49,694 bases of DNA from Desulfobacteraceae bacterium UBA4064 (GTDB lineage: Bacteria; Desulfobacterota; Desulfobacteria; Desulfobacterales; Desulfatirhabdiaceae): the NCBI GenBank assembly GCA_002382065.1, contig DFZE01000203.1, positions 9,110 through 58,803 on the forward strand. The letters run 5' to 3'. Under the pieces are notes generated by a model, which had not been told where the DNA came from, ran no database searches, and saw only the letters and a list, made by a program, of their open reading frames with translations. The translations under genes were made by a program, and so were the position numbers. Of the stretch, positions 8,442-17,433 are shown in pieces (position 1 is the first letter of the stretch; every line of letters starts with the position of its first letter).

Positions 8442-9734
8442 ATGCTATCCAAAACCCGAATCAGTGATCAGGACATGAGCCAGGTATTTCAACAGGCGCT
8501 GAAGCAGAAGGGGCTGATTGAAAATGCCGACACCGCGGCTATCTTTATCGATCTGGACTTTCTTTCAGAACGGATTCAGCACCTGAAATCGGTCTTTCCG
8601 CCGGGCACTCTGCATACGGTTGCGGTCAAGGCCAATCCGCTGGCTGCCGTATTGAAAAAAATCAACCACTGGGGCGCAGGGCTGGAAGCCGCATCCTTGC
8701 CCGAGCTGTATCTGGCGGAAAAAGCCGGTGTCCCCGCCGACCGGATCGTTTTTGATTCCCCGGTAAAAACGATAGATGACATCGGCTATGCACTCAAACT
8801 GGGAGTCCATATCAATGCGGATTCCCTGGCGGAACTGACCCGGATTTCAGAACTCAAAAACAGCATGCCATCCCGGTCCACAATCGGCATCCGTATCAAT
8901 CCCCAGGTCGGACTGGGAAACATCGCCATGACGAGTGTGGCCGGACGCCACGCCAAATTCGGGGTGCCGATTACCGGTTCCCGGGAAGACCTGATCCAGG
9001 CATTTCTGAAACATGAGTGGCTCGATGGCGTTCATCTGCATATCGGATCACAGGGATGTTCTGCGGATCTGATGTTGAAAGGCGTGGAAACCGTTCTGGA
9101 TTTTATCCGGGAAGTCAATTCCCGGCTGGCAAACGCTCCCGGCGGCAGGACCATCAACATTCTGGATATCGGCGGCGGATTGCCGGTCTCCTATCATCGC
9201 TGTCAGCATGCGCTGGCAATGGACGCCTATTCCAGCCTGCTCTTTACCCGGTTTCCCGAGTTGCGATCATTTGATCTGATCACGGAATTCGGCCGGTATG
9301 TTCATGCCAATTCCGCATGGGCTGCCAGCCGGGTGGAATATGTCAAAACGGATTCTCATGTCAAAACCGCCATGATTCATTTGGGCGCAGACATGTTTTT
9401 GCGAAAATGCTACCGTCCGGATGAGTGGCATCATGAATTGACGGTTGTTGACCCGGCCGGTTCCATCAAAACCGGACAGGATGATCTCCCCTATGTCATT
9501 GCCGGCCCCCTGTGTTTTGCCGGAGATGTTCTGGCAACCGGTGCAATCCTGCCTCCGATCATGCAGAATGACTATCTGCTGATTCACGATGTGGGCGCCT
9601 ACACCTTCAGCATGTGGTCCCGCTATAACAGCCGGCAACTGCCCAAAATGATCGGTTATGCCGGTGGGGGCAAGCACATTGAAATTTTGAAAACACGCGA
9701 GACCGTTGACCAGGTGCGGGATTTCTGGAGTTGA
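8442..9734 (+). CDS. type III PLP-dependent decarboxylase (Orn/DAP/Arg decarboxylase family 2)
   Basis: HTVAVKANP (PLP lysine), HLHIGSQG, ILDIGGGLPVSY, GPLCFAGD motifs. Substrate not assignable by eye. Confidence 0.8.
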   Translation: MLSKTRISDQDMSQVFQQALKQKGLIENADTAAIFIDLDFLSERIQHLKSVFPPGTLHTVAVKANPLAAVLKKINHWGAGLEAASLPELYLAEKAGVPADRIVFDSPVKTIDDIGYALKLGVHINADSLAELTRISELKNSMPSRSTIGIRINPQVGLGNIAMTSVAGRHAKFGVPITGSREDLIQAFLKHEWLDGVHLHIGSQGCSADLMLKGVETVLDFIREVNSRLANAPGGRTINILDIGGGLPVSYHRCQHALAMDAYSSLLFTRFPELRSFDLITEFGRYVHANSAWAASRVEYVKTDSHVKTAMIHLGADMFLRKCYRPDEWHHELTVVDPAGSIKTGQDDLPYVIAGPLCFAGDVLATGAILPPIMQNDYLLIHDVGAYTFSMWSRYNSRQLPKMIGYAGGGKHIEILKTRETVDQVRDFWS

Positions 9735-9752
9735 TCCCATGCTGTCAGCCAA

Positions 9753-9894
9753 GAGCCTGTTTGAAGATTCTGGATCAGGCCCGATAACAAGGCGTAAAGT
9801 GCATCAAAAGCGAAGCATACACGAAGTATGTGAGCATTTTGAGGTGCTTCCCAACGCAGTTAGCGGGCCTCAGACGGGATATTCAAACAGGCTC
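9753..9894 (+). repeat. 142-nt rod-like repeat, copy A (MITE-like element or structured RNA)
   Basis: Differs from 28753..28894 by 12 substitutions and no indels (manual alignment). The ends pair (GAGCCTGTTTGAA / TTCAAACAGGCTC), and AGGCCCGATAAC pairs with GTTAGCGGGCCT. Confidence 0.7.
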
Positions 9895-9912
9895 TAAAAG
9901 GAGAATCGGAAA

Positions 9913-10320
9913 ATGATCATATTTGATGGAACCTATCGGTGGAAAATTCCGCACAGCCATGTGCGTCGGTCATTCCGAAAAAACTGGGGGATGTCCGGTG
10001 ATCTGAAAATCATCGATCTGACCCTGGCACAACCGGATGTCCGACACCTGAAACAATATGTGGTCGTGGCCTGTGAGATGACCCCGACGCCCATGAAAAC
10101 CAGCGTTGCCGAAACTCTGGGCAGACGGATTTTCCGGGATTTTGGCCTGACCCGACAGAATGTCCTGTGGATGGAGTACCGGGGGCCCGATCCTGATCTG
10201 GATGTGGCCGTATTTACACCGGTGCAGGAAGGCATGGAGACGCACTACCGGATTGTCTGGCGGCCCGCTCATGAAAATGAACGAAAGCTGGCTGAATCAT
10301 TTTTAATCCGGCAGAATTGA
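9913..10320 (+). CDS. hypothetical protein
   Basis: 135-aa ORF with AAGGAG 9 nt upstream of the ATG. No recognisable motif. Confidence 0.45.
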   Translation: MIIFDGTYRWKIPHSHVRRSFRKNWGMSGDLKIIDLTLAQPDVRHLKQYVVVACEMTPTPMKTSVAETLGRRIFRDFGLTRQNVLWMEYRGPDPDLDVAVFTPVQEGMETHYRIVWRPAHENERKLAESFLIRQN

Positions 10321-10349
10321 TCAAAGCATTGTTGTCATCACCAACCGTT

Positions 10350-10387
10350 GAATGGGGCATTCATATCTCGTTTTAAATGCCCCATTC
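10350..10387. terminator. perfect 12-bp hairpin between convergent genes (probable bidirectional terminator)
   Basis: GAATGGGGCATT - 14-nt loop - AATGCCCCATTC, lying between the stop at 10320 (+) and the stop at 10399 (-). Confidence 0.55.
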
Positions 10388-10398
10388 ACCCATCTGAC

Positions 10399-11973
10399 TT
10401 AGAAACTTTCCAGCTTCCAGTCCGAAACCATCCGCGTTTTGGGATCGAACCCGATACCCAACAGCAGCAGTTTCCGGTTCAGGCCCCGATATGAATCCGA
10501 ATAGCCTTTTTCATGAATCTGTTTGATTCCGGCTTCGGCAGTCTGCCTGCACTTGAATTCCATAATCCAAATCTTTTCCGGAAACTGTACGGTCAGGTCG
10601 ATGCGGCCCCGGCTGGTCAGAACCTCGCATTGGGTGTATGCCCCGGAAGCCGATACCATCAGATAAAACAGCGTGTGAAACCAGGCCTCGTTGGGTTCGC
10701 CTTTGAGCGTATAGGGGATTGATGCAAAAATGGCGTTGACGGTCTCGAAAAACGCATCCAGGTCTTCGGATTTCAGATATCCGGCCAGGTTCCGAAACCG
10801 GGATTGCTCCGGTCCAGGCAGGTCTGTCGTGAAAGAATGAAAAAGATGTTTCAGAAACGCGCATTTTACTTCCAGATTGGGATAACCCAGCCGCCATATT
10901 TCATCGGTGACATCCCGGATTGTCAGGTATCCGGTTTGAAACAAAAGCGCCTCAACACCCAGACGATCCAGGTCATACACGCTGAAAATGGATTCACCCA
11001 CCTCCAAATTCTCCATTTCCGGCAACGGATAATTGCGTTCCCGCATCAGGTTGATCAGAAATGTCGGGGTTCCGGTTTCAAACCGGTAATTGTCAAATGC
11101 CTGGTTGCTGAAGGCCCGCAGAACAGAAAACGGGTTATACACCATGACGGTGTTTCGTGAAAAGCGATAGCCGTTGTAGCGAAGCCTCAGCCGCGACAAT
11201 ACATCCGGCAAATCCGTGTCATGTGTTTGGGCCAGTTCTGTCAGGTGATGGGGAAAGCATGATTCCAGTTCCTCCTGGGTGTATCCCAACAGCCCCGCAT
11301 ATTTGGGATTCATGGTGATGTCGATCAGATTGTTGAGATCGGAAAAGATGGAGACCCGGCTGAATTTGGAAACCCCGGCGATGAAGACAAACCGGGTGTG
11401 GCTGGCCACATCGGCGCCTTTCAGGGTGCCCAGAAAGGATTTCAGGATGTCCCGGTTGGCTTTGGCGATCTCCAGGGCGGCGGCGCCCTTGCCCAAATGA
11501 TCGATGATCGGTTTGTCATATTCATCGATCAGAATGACCACAGGCTGACCCGTCTTTTTGTACAGGGACAGAATCAGTTCCTCAAACCGCTCTTTCAGAA
11601 GAGAGGCATGTAGCGTTAAATCATAGTCAAGTCCGATCCGTTTCAGTCGGCAATCCAGACTTATCTTGAAATTCTCCGACGTATCATGACTGGTGCCATT
11701 GAAATCCAGGAGCACCACCGGAAATCTTTCCCATGACCAGTCGCCGTGACTGTCAATCCATAAATCCCGGAACAATTCCCGGTTTCCGGCAAACAGGTTG
11801 CGCAGGGTGGACACCATCAGGGTCTTGCCAAAGCGCCGGGGCCGGGCCAGAAAATAATATCGGCCTTCTTCCATCATCCGGTGGATGTATTGGGTCTTGT
11901 CCACATACAGATATCCTTCTCTTTGGATGATCTCGAAGGATTGCAGATCAATGGGCAGTTTGAGCAGGGACAT
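10399..11973 (-). CDS. AAA-ATPase-like / PD-(D/E)XK nuclease family protein (AAA-ATPase_like + PDDEXK_9 architecture)
   Basis: N-terminus FEIIQREGYLYVDKTQYI...YYFLARPRRFGKTLMVSTL is typical of this family. Also ILIDEYDKPI. C-terminal nuclease-like RIDLTV...IWIMEFK. Confidence 0.8.
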   Translation of the reverse strand: MSLLKLPIDLQSFEIIQREGYLYVDKTQYIHRMMEEGRYYFLARPRRFGKTLMVSTLRNLFAGNRELFRDLWIDSHGDWSWERFPVVLLDFNGTSHDTSENFKISLDCRLKRIGLDYDLTLHASLLKERFEELILSLYKKTGQPVVILIDEYDKPIIDHLGKGAAALEIAKANRDILKSFLGTLKGADVASHTRFVFIAGVSKFSRVSIFSDLNNLIDITMNPKYAGLLGYTQEELESCFPHHLTELAQTHDTDLPDVLSRLRLRYNGYRFSRNTVMVYNPFSVLRAFSNQAFDNYRFETGTPTFLINLMRERNYPLPEMENLEVGESIFSVYDLDRLGVEALLFQTGYLTIRDVTDEIWRLGYPNLEVKCAFLKHLFHSFTTDLPGPEQSRFRNLAGYLKSEDLDAFFETVNAIFASIPYTLKGEPNEAWFHTLFYLMVSASGAYTQCEVLTSRGRIDLTVQFPEKIWIMEFKCRQTAEAGIKQIHEKGYSDSYRGLNRKLLLLGIGFDPKTRMVSDWKLESF

Positions 11974-12265
11974 GGGCCAACCTCCGGGTCTGGATTCATT
12001 TTTCGCAGAGCGTTTTGGGCAGTGGGATGGTGATCAGGTACAGAAAGTTTTCTATCATACCCGGCAGATTTTTGGCAATCCGAAAAGAAAACAGGGTGGA
12101 GGCAGAAACAAAGGCCCCTGTGTTCTTTTTGAATTTTATTTGATCATTCCAGCTTCCAGGGATAATATTCAGTTGAGGATTCAATCGCTTTCCGGATAAA
12201 CGATCCGGATGTCGGCAATGCAGGCCATAATCACCGTTCCGGGCAGATGATCAACTTTGAATTTA

Positions 12266-12339
12266 CCGCAAAGGCGCAAAGGACGCCAAGCAACAGCCTG
12301 TTTTAATTGATTTCCTTTGCGATCTTTGCGTCTTTGCGG
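12266..12339. repeat. palindromic element built from CGCAAAG tandem units
   Basis: CCGCAAAGGCGCAAAGGACGCCAAG ... CCTTTGCGATCTTTGCGTCTTTGCGG are inverted arms around a 23-nt spacer. Confidence 0.6.
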
Positions 12340-12365
12340 TGACAAAATTTTTCTTGGGACAACAT

Positions 12366-12761
12366 ATGATTTTTTCAGAACACCGTGACATTCCAATGGA
12401 TCAGGTTCTGGCCCTGTATCGGGCCAATGGCTGGTCCGCCGCCAACAGGCCGGATCAGTTGATGAATGCGCTGAAGCACTCTCATTCCCTGATTTCAGCA
12501 TGGATTGAAGACCGTTTGGTCGGACTGGGAAATGCCATATCCGACGGCTACCTGGTGGTCTATTATCCGATCCTTCCCGAATATCAGGGACAGGGCATCG
12601 GAGCCGCTATTCTGGCCCGACTGAAGGAAAATTACACCGGCTTTCATCAGCATATTCTGGTGGCCGATGGCCGCGCCATTGAATTTTACAACAAAAATGG
12701 ATTCCAGAGAGCCGGCAATACCCAATCCATGTGGATTTATTCCGGAAAAGACCATTCGTGA
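12366..12761 (+). CDS. GNAT family N-acetyltransferase
   Basis: YPILPEYQGQGIGAAILARL (acetyl-CoA loop Q/RxxGxG/A) and FYNKNGFQ. Start moved to ATG 12366 because the track GTG start lies inside the palindromic repeat. Confidence 0.75.
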   Translation: MIFSEHRDIPMDQVLALYRANGWSAANRPDQLMNALKHSHSLISAWIEDRLVGLGNAISDGYLVVYYPILPEYQGQGIGAAILARLKENYTGFHQHILVADGRAIEFYNKNGFQRAGNTQSMWIYSGKDHS

Positions 12762-12774
12762 CAAAGGGTAATTC

Positions 12775-14976
12775 ATGATCACTTCCAAACTGAAAAAGCA
12801 TTTTGAAAAAATCGGTGCCCAAAAAGGGCATACACTTCCCGACGATCATTTCTACCAGGACATTTTCAGTCATATCGACCGGGCCGATCATGTGATATCG
12901 GTTCATTTTGGACCTGCAAAAACCGCGATCCTGAAAGAGGTATTTCATCGCGCAATCCAGAACACCCATGTCTGGTATGTTTCCGATTCTCTCACATCGT
13001 ATCAGGTTTTTTCCCTGAAATCCCTGTTGAACGGCATTCCGGTTTCCGTGATGGGTGATCGAAAAATGATTTTTACCACGCCACCGGTTACCCTATGGGA
13101 CAGTCGGACACTGGCGAATCTGACTGCGGATTTGCATCGATTTTCACGCCCGGGACTGGTCATTTTTGACGATGTGGATGATTTGGATAATCCGGACACC
13201 GGGCTGTTGATTCAACAAAACATTGCGGGCATGCCGGAAGGTGTTTCGATTCTGATGATGGCATCACCATCAATGAATTCCGAACAACTGGTCAATTGGC
13301 TTCAATTCTGCCGCAATCGACCGTGTCGACATATCCAGCCGGATGATCGATCGTGGCGCCGGATTCCGGTGTTTCTTTCCAGTGATTGGGAATTGCTGCC
13401 GCTTCTGGATAAACGGCGTCTTTCCAGCAAGGTGAAACGCCTGATCAAGGAATCCATGCCATTCAAAGATATTTCATCTGCAACGTTTATCCGGGATATG
13501 GTGTCTTTTCTAAAAAATGCCGGAATGACACCCGCCATCGTTGTCATGGATTCGGCAAAAAGCTGCGATCATGCTGTCAATGCCTGCCATCCGGTCAACA
13601 CGGCATTGGGGGAGGTGTTGACACAACCGGTCATTGCGTCGATTCTGGACCAGAATCCGTTTGTAAAGGAAATGCCATTGCTTGCCGGTTCCCTATCCCG
13701 CCGGGTCGCACCCTGTCACGGGGATCTGCATCCGCTGTGGCGCCAACTGGTGGAACATTTTTTGGTTCTGGATGGTATCGATGTGATATTTGCTACGGTT
13801 GACAGCGTACAGAACCTGTCAACGCCGGTACAGTCCATTGTTTTCTGCAACACGAGTCCGACAGGAAAAGAGCCCATCCGCCTGACCCGCCTTCAGATGG
13901 CGCGAATGACCCGGCTGGCCATTCCGTATAAGAACGAACAGCCGGCATGCATTGTCACCCTGCATTCACCCCATGTGGATCTGGTTCATATCAAGGATCT
14001 GCTCATCGAGGGCACCCGGTCCCTGATGCACCGGTTTCATCCCGACTGTCGGGCCGCTTTGAATATCATTGCCCGGGGCGGTGATCCGGAAAAACGGCTC
14101 GATCAATCCCTGGCTGGTGTTCTGGCGCCTTCTTTTGGAGAATTCTGTTTTGAAGAACTGGAAACCATGCTGGCCGATGAATTGCCGGAAGCCCGCTGTT
14201 TTTTATCCTTGCAAACCGTTGCCTCCCTGAGTCTGATTCGCCTGGAGCTGGGGCTTCAAATCAATAAACTCGACAGTGACAGACTGCATGACAGCGGCAT
14301 GACAAAACAGGAAGTCCAGAACGAAAAACAGATACTGGAAAATATTCTGGCGCAAACGCCCTGTGAACAATGCCCGCATATGGCATTCTGCCAGAAAAGA
14401 GGGTCCCGGAAATTTCGGAACATCATGAATCTCCATGAGGAAATGAAGGAAAAGCTTTCCGGAAGTCTGAATGGCCTGAAATCGGTTTTTCGATATCCGC
14501 TCAGGTGTCTTCAGGAATTTGAACTGGTGACACCATCGCTTCAGCTTACGGAACATGGACATCTGGCGCTCAGAACCGGATTCCGTCATCCCCAACCCTT
14601 TGTTGAATGCTGCCGAAGCGGCGTGTTACCCATGAATGATCCCATGCTTTTTTTTGCGCTGGCAGGTGGTTTTGTGGAATCGCCATCATTCAGGCGCTAC
14701 CGGCAGACCGATCAAATGAATGAAAATACCAGAATCCTGAAACCATTTTTCCAGGAAATGACCCCTGTCCTGAATCGGGTCATGGCCCAAATGCTTCGGT
14801 TTGCCCTGCTGCCCCATCGTTTTGACCCAAAGAAATCTCTTTTGCTGCTTCAATGGAAACAGGGAACAGACATGGATGCGCTGGCCCAGCAAACCGGTAT
14901 TTCAACAGGAATTCTGTCTTCACTGATTGACAGAACCACCTGTCTTCTGGAACGGATTGCCCTTCCCCGGGCCTGA
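12775..14976 (+). CDS. Ski2/HelY-like protein with degenerate helicase motifs
   Basis: Helicase-like layout but with HFGPAKTAIL in place of a Walker A, LVIFDDVDDL in place of DExH, and MMASPSMN in place of SAT. The C-terminus resembles the Ski2 C-terminal helical domain (LTEHGHLALRTGFRHPQPFVECCRSGVL..DPMLFFALAGGFV). Confidence 0.45.
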   Translation: MITSKLKKHFEKIGAQKGHTLPDDHFYQDIFSHIDRADHVISVHFGPAKTAILKEVFHRAIQNTHVWYVSDSLTSYQVFSLKSLLNGIPVSVMGDRKMIFTTPPVTLWDSRTLANLTADLHRFSRPGLVIFDDVDDLDNPDTGLLIQQNIAGMPEGVSILMMASPSMNSEQLVNWLQFCRNRPCRHIQPDDRSWRRIPVFLSSDWELLPLLDKRRLSSKVKRLIKESMPFKDISSATFIRDMVSFLKNAGMTPAIVVMDSAKSCDHAVNACHPVNTALGEVLTQPVIASILDQNPFVKEMPLLAGSLSRRVAPCHGDLHPLWRQLVEHFLVLDGIDVIFATVDSVQNLSTPVQSIVFCNTSPTGKEPIRLTRLQMARMTRLAIPYKNEQPACIVTLHSPHVDLVHIKDLLIEGTRSLMHRFHPDCRAALNIIARGGDPEKRLDQSLAGVLAPSFGEFCFEELETMLADELPEARCFLSLQTVASLSLIRLELGLQINKLDSDRLHDSGMTKQEVQNEKQILENILAQTPCEQCPHMAFCQKRGSRKFRNIMNLHEEMKEKLSGSLNGLKSVFRYPLRCLQEFELVTPSLQLTEHGHLALRTGFRHPQPFVECCRSGVLPMNDPMLFFALAGGFVESPSFRRYRQTDQMNENTRILKPFFQEMTPVLNRVMAQMLRFALLPHRFDPKKSLLLLQWKQGTDMDALAQQTGISTGILSSLIDRTTCLLERIALPRA

Positions 14977-15000
14977 TTCCAATTTGAGGCCGTGATCATC

Positions 15001-15095
15001 GTTTCGGCCACTTCCTTTTGTTTTCTTCTCCCAGCGGGGCAGAGACGCAATGCATTGCGTCTCTACAGGGGGGACGATACAAACATGGCCGAAAC
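15001..15095. repeat. nested palindromic element
   Basis: Outer arms are GTTTCGGCCA (15001-15010) and TGGCCGAAAC (15086-15095). They enclose the perfect 24-nt palindrome AGAGACGCAATGCATTGCGTCTCT (15041-15064). Confidence 0.65.
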
Positions 15096-15168
15096 GTTGA
15101 TCAACGCCCAATTTGAGACACGGGGGTTCAAAATGAAATTTCCGCTGGGAAGCAGGAGCTTCTCATGA

Positions 15169-15198
15169 CGGGTTCCCAAGCGGGAGCTTGGGAACCCG
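15169..15198. repeat. perfect 13-bp hairpin with GGGA tetraloop
   Basis: CGGGTTCCCAAGC-GGGA-GCTTGGGAACCCG with no U-tract after it, so it looks REP-like rather than a classical terminator. Confidence 0.6.
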
Positions 15199-15275
15199 CG
15201 GAATGCTGGCTTCTGGATTCTGGCTCCCGAATACCTGAGTAGTTACAATTTCTGATTCAAAGGAGGTAAACCAAC

Positions 15276-16088
15276 ATGCAAAGTCATCTGTCAGACGCAT
15301 TACAGCTCAAATATCAGCCGGTTGCCATCATCTGGTCGGACCAGAAGCCGGACCATGCGATGCAGTTTTCAGAGGGGAAATGGGGATGCGTCATGTGGCT
15401 GGCCGCCAGCGCAGCCAGAGGAAAACCAGCGGTCTGTGACCGGAAAACCTTTGGCTGTTTTGGCGGTGGTGTGGGTATGGGATTTGGAATGCAGTATAAA
15501 AAATTTCCGGGAGGCGAGGAATGTTTCTGCCATTTCCTGTCATCCGGAAACGATCGGTGGGAAACCGGGCGACAGGCTGCCGAACAGGTCAAGCCATATA
15601 TGACCAAAGAATCGCATGACAATTTTGTTCATGGCGAGCGGTATTTCAAAAATCCGGAACTGGTCCAAAAATTCATCGACTCCCTGCCCATGACCGATAT
15701 TCCATCCGAATACGTGGTATTCAAACCCTTGGCGGATGTCGATCCGTCCAATGACCATATTCAGACAATTGTCTTTTTTGCCAATCCGGACCAGTTGTCC
15801 GCCCTGGTCATTCTGGCCAATTATGGCCGGGGAGACAACCTGAATGTCATCATCCCCTATGCCGCCGGCTGCCAGACAATCGGCATTTATCCCTATCAGG
15901 AGGCCAAATCGGCAAAACCCCGGGGTGTCGTGGGATTGACCGACATTTCTGCCCGGGTTTATGTTCAAAAACAGCTTGGCGCCGACCTGTTCACCTTTGC
16001 CATGCCGTTTGCCCTGTTTACCGAAATGGAGGCCAATGTGGAAGGCTCGTTTCTGCAGCGGCATACGTGGCATGCCCTGGTGAAATAG
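15276..16088 (+). CDS. DUF169 family protein
   Basis: LKYQPVAIIWSD...GKWGCVMWL...FGCFGGGVGMGF pattern is typical of DUF169 (COG2043). AGGAGG RBS. Confidence 0.7.
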   Translation: MQSHLSDALQLKYQPVAIIWSDQKPDHAMQFSEGKWGCVMWLAASAARGKPAVCDRKTFGCFGGGVGMGFGMQYKKFPGGEECFCHFLSSGNDRWETGRQAAEQVKPYMTKESHDNFVHGERYFKNPELVQKFIDSLPMTDIPSEYVVFKPLADVDPSNDHIQTIVFFANPDQLSALVILANYGRGDNLNVIIPYAAGCQTIGIYPYQEAKSAKPRGVVGLTDISARVYVQKQLGADLFTFAMPFALFTEMEANVEGSFLQRHTWHALVK

Positions 16089-16095
16089 GGCCGGA

Positions 16096-17433
16096 TCACA
16101 ATTTTTTCACCAACTGATTGGCAGCGGTCAACAGGGGATCCCAGACAGGCCCGAACGGCGGGGCATAGGCCAGATCCATTTGCGTGAAGTCTGCGACAGT
16201 CATATGCGTGTGAAGCGCCACTGCCGGGGCATTGATCCGATGGCTGACCCCTTCCCGCCCCACCATCTGCACCCCCAGAAGCCGGCCACTTGACCGGTCC
16301 CCCAGCATATGAACCAGGATGTCGGATGATCCGGGATGCGCATGGGCCCTGGACCGGCTTTTAATGACAACCTCAACCGGCGAAAAACCGGCATCACCGG
16401 CCTCCTGAATACTGAGGCCGGTTCGGGCAACTTCCAGATCAAATACCTTGAATACCGCGGTGCCCACAATACCCGGCAATTCAACCGGCTTGCCACAGAT
16501 ATTGTCGGCTGCTGCCCATCCGGCCCGATTGGCCCGCAGGGCAAGGGGTATCCAGGTTTTTTTGCCTGTCACCACATGAAACGCATCGGCGCAGTCTCCG
16601 GCGGCATAAATAGCCGGATCGGATGTCCGCAAATTTCTGTCGGTTGAAATGGACTGACTGATTCCTGTTTCCAGACCTGCCTCATCGGCCATCCGGCTGT
16701 TGGGCAGAACCCCTGTGGCAACCAGAACCATGTCGGCTTCCAGATCGATCTGGCCGCAATGAACCATCAGCCCGTCTGCCGCCTGTTCAATGCGATGAAC
16801 CGCCACACCCGGATAAAGTGACACGCCTTTGGATTCCAGCTCCTTCAAAACCACAGAAGACAGTTGATCGTTCATCCATGGCAGCAACGCAGGCCGTGGT
16901 TTGATCATGCTGACCTGAATATTCCGGCTGTGCAGGGCTTCCGCCATTTCCATTGCAATATAGCCCATGCCGATAATCACGACTTTCGAGACTGTTTTTT
17001 TCTGAATGAAGGACTTGATCCGCCTGCCGTCCTCCAGATGTTTCAACACCATCACCCCGGGCAGGCCCACCCCGGGAATATCGGGTGCAAACGGACTGGC
17101 GCCGGTTGCGATCAAAAGCGAATCATAAGAAACGGCAAATGGCTTGCCGGATTCGGTCACACCGGTGACGGTCCTGTTGTTGCGATCGATCTGTTGTGCG
17201 GTGTGGCCCATCATCATGTCAATGCCCTGCTTTTGAAAGGCATCGGCCTGACGCACAATCAGGTCGTCCATTGGCCGGGTCGGGTCGGCGATATTATAGG
17301 GCATGCCGCAGGCGCTGAAGGACACATCCCGCGTCTTTTCAATGACTGTAATCCGCATTTCCGGCACGGTTCGCCTGGCCCGGCTGGCAGCGCTCATTCC
17401 CGCGGCATCTCCGCCAATCACCACAAAATTCAT
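16096..17433 (-). CDS. CoA-disulfide reductase / NADH oxidase-like FAD-dependent pyridine nucleotide-disulfide oxidoreductase
   Basis: FVVIGGDAAGMSAASRARR, redox Cys in SFSACGMPY, VVIIGMGYIAMEMAE, AAGDCA. Start set at M11 (ATG 17433, after AAAGGAGAG), giving an ATGA overlap with the upstream stop. Confidence 0.8.
   Translation of the reverse strand: MNFVVIGGDAAGMSAASRARRTVPEMRITVIEKTRDVSFSACGMPYNIADPTRPMDDLIVRQADAFQKQGIDMMMGHTAQQIDRNNRTVTGVTESGKPFAVSYDSLLIATGASPFAPDIPGVGLPGVMVLKHLEDGRRIKSFIQKKTVSKVVIIGMGYIAMEMAEALHSRNIQVSMIKPRPALLPWMNDQLSSVVLKELESKGVSLYPGVAVHRIEQAADGLMVHCGQIDLEADMVLVATGVLPNSRMADEAGLETGISQSISTDRNLRTSDPAIYAAGDCADAFHVVTGKKTWIPLALRANRAGWAAADNICGKPVELPGIVGTAVFKVFDLEVARTGLSIQEAGDAGFSPVEVVIKSRSRAHAHPGSSDILVHMLGDRSSGRLLGVQMVGREGVSHRINAPAVALHTHMTVADFTQMDLAYAPPFGPVWDPLLTAANQLVKKL

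Noticed and set aside
9753-9894. The 142-nt element as a retron msr/msd or a group II intron remnant.
   Set aside because: There is no reverse transcriptase ORF next to either copy, and no recognisable intron domain V/VI sequence. The terminal complementarity is equally compatible with a MITE.
9706-9897. Small ORFs (9706..9897 and 28694..28879) encoding SLFEDSGSGPITRRK..., as a possible conserved micro-protein.
   Set aside because: Of the coding-position differences between the two copies, most are first- or second-position changes, and one copy has a premature stop. The conserved parts coincide with the self-complementary ends, so the constraint is on the DNA or RNA structure, not on a protein.
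10399-11973. The AAA-ATPase/PD-(D/E)XK protein as a mobile element or defence gene.
   Set aside because: It is a single gene from a widespread multi-copy family. I could see no flanking inverted repeats, target duplications or partner genes.
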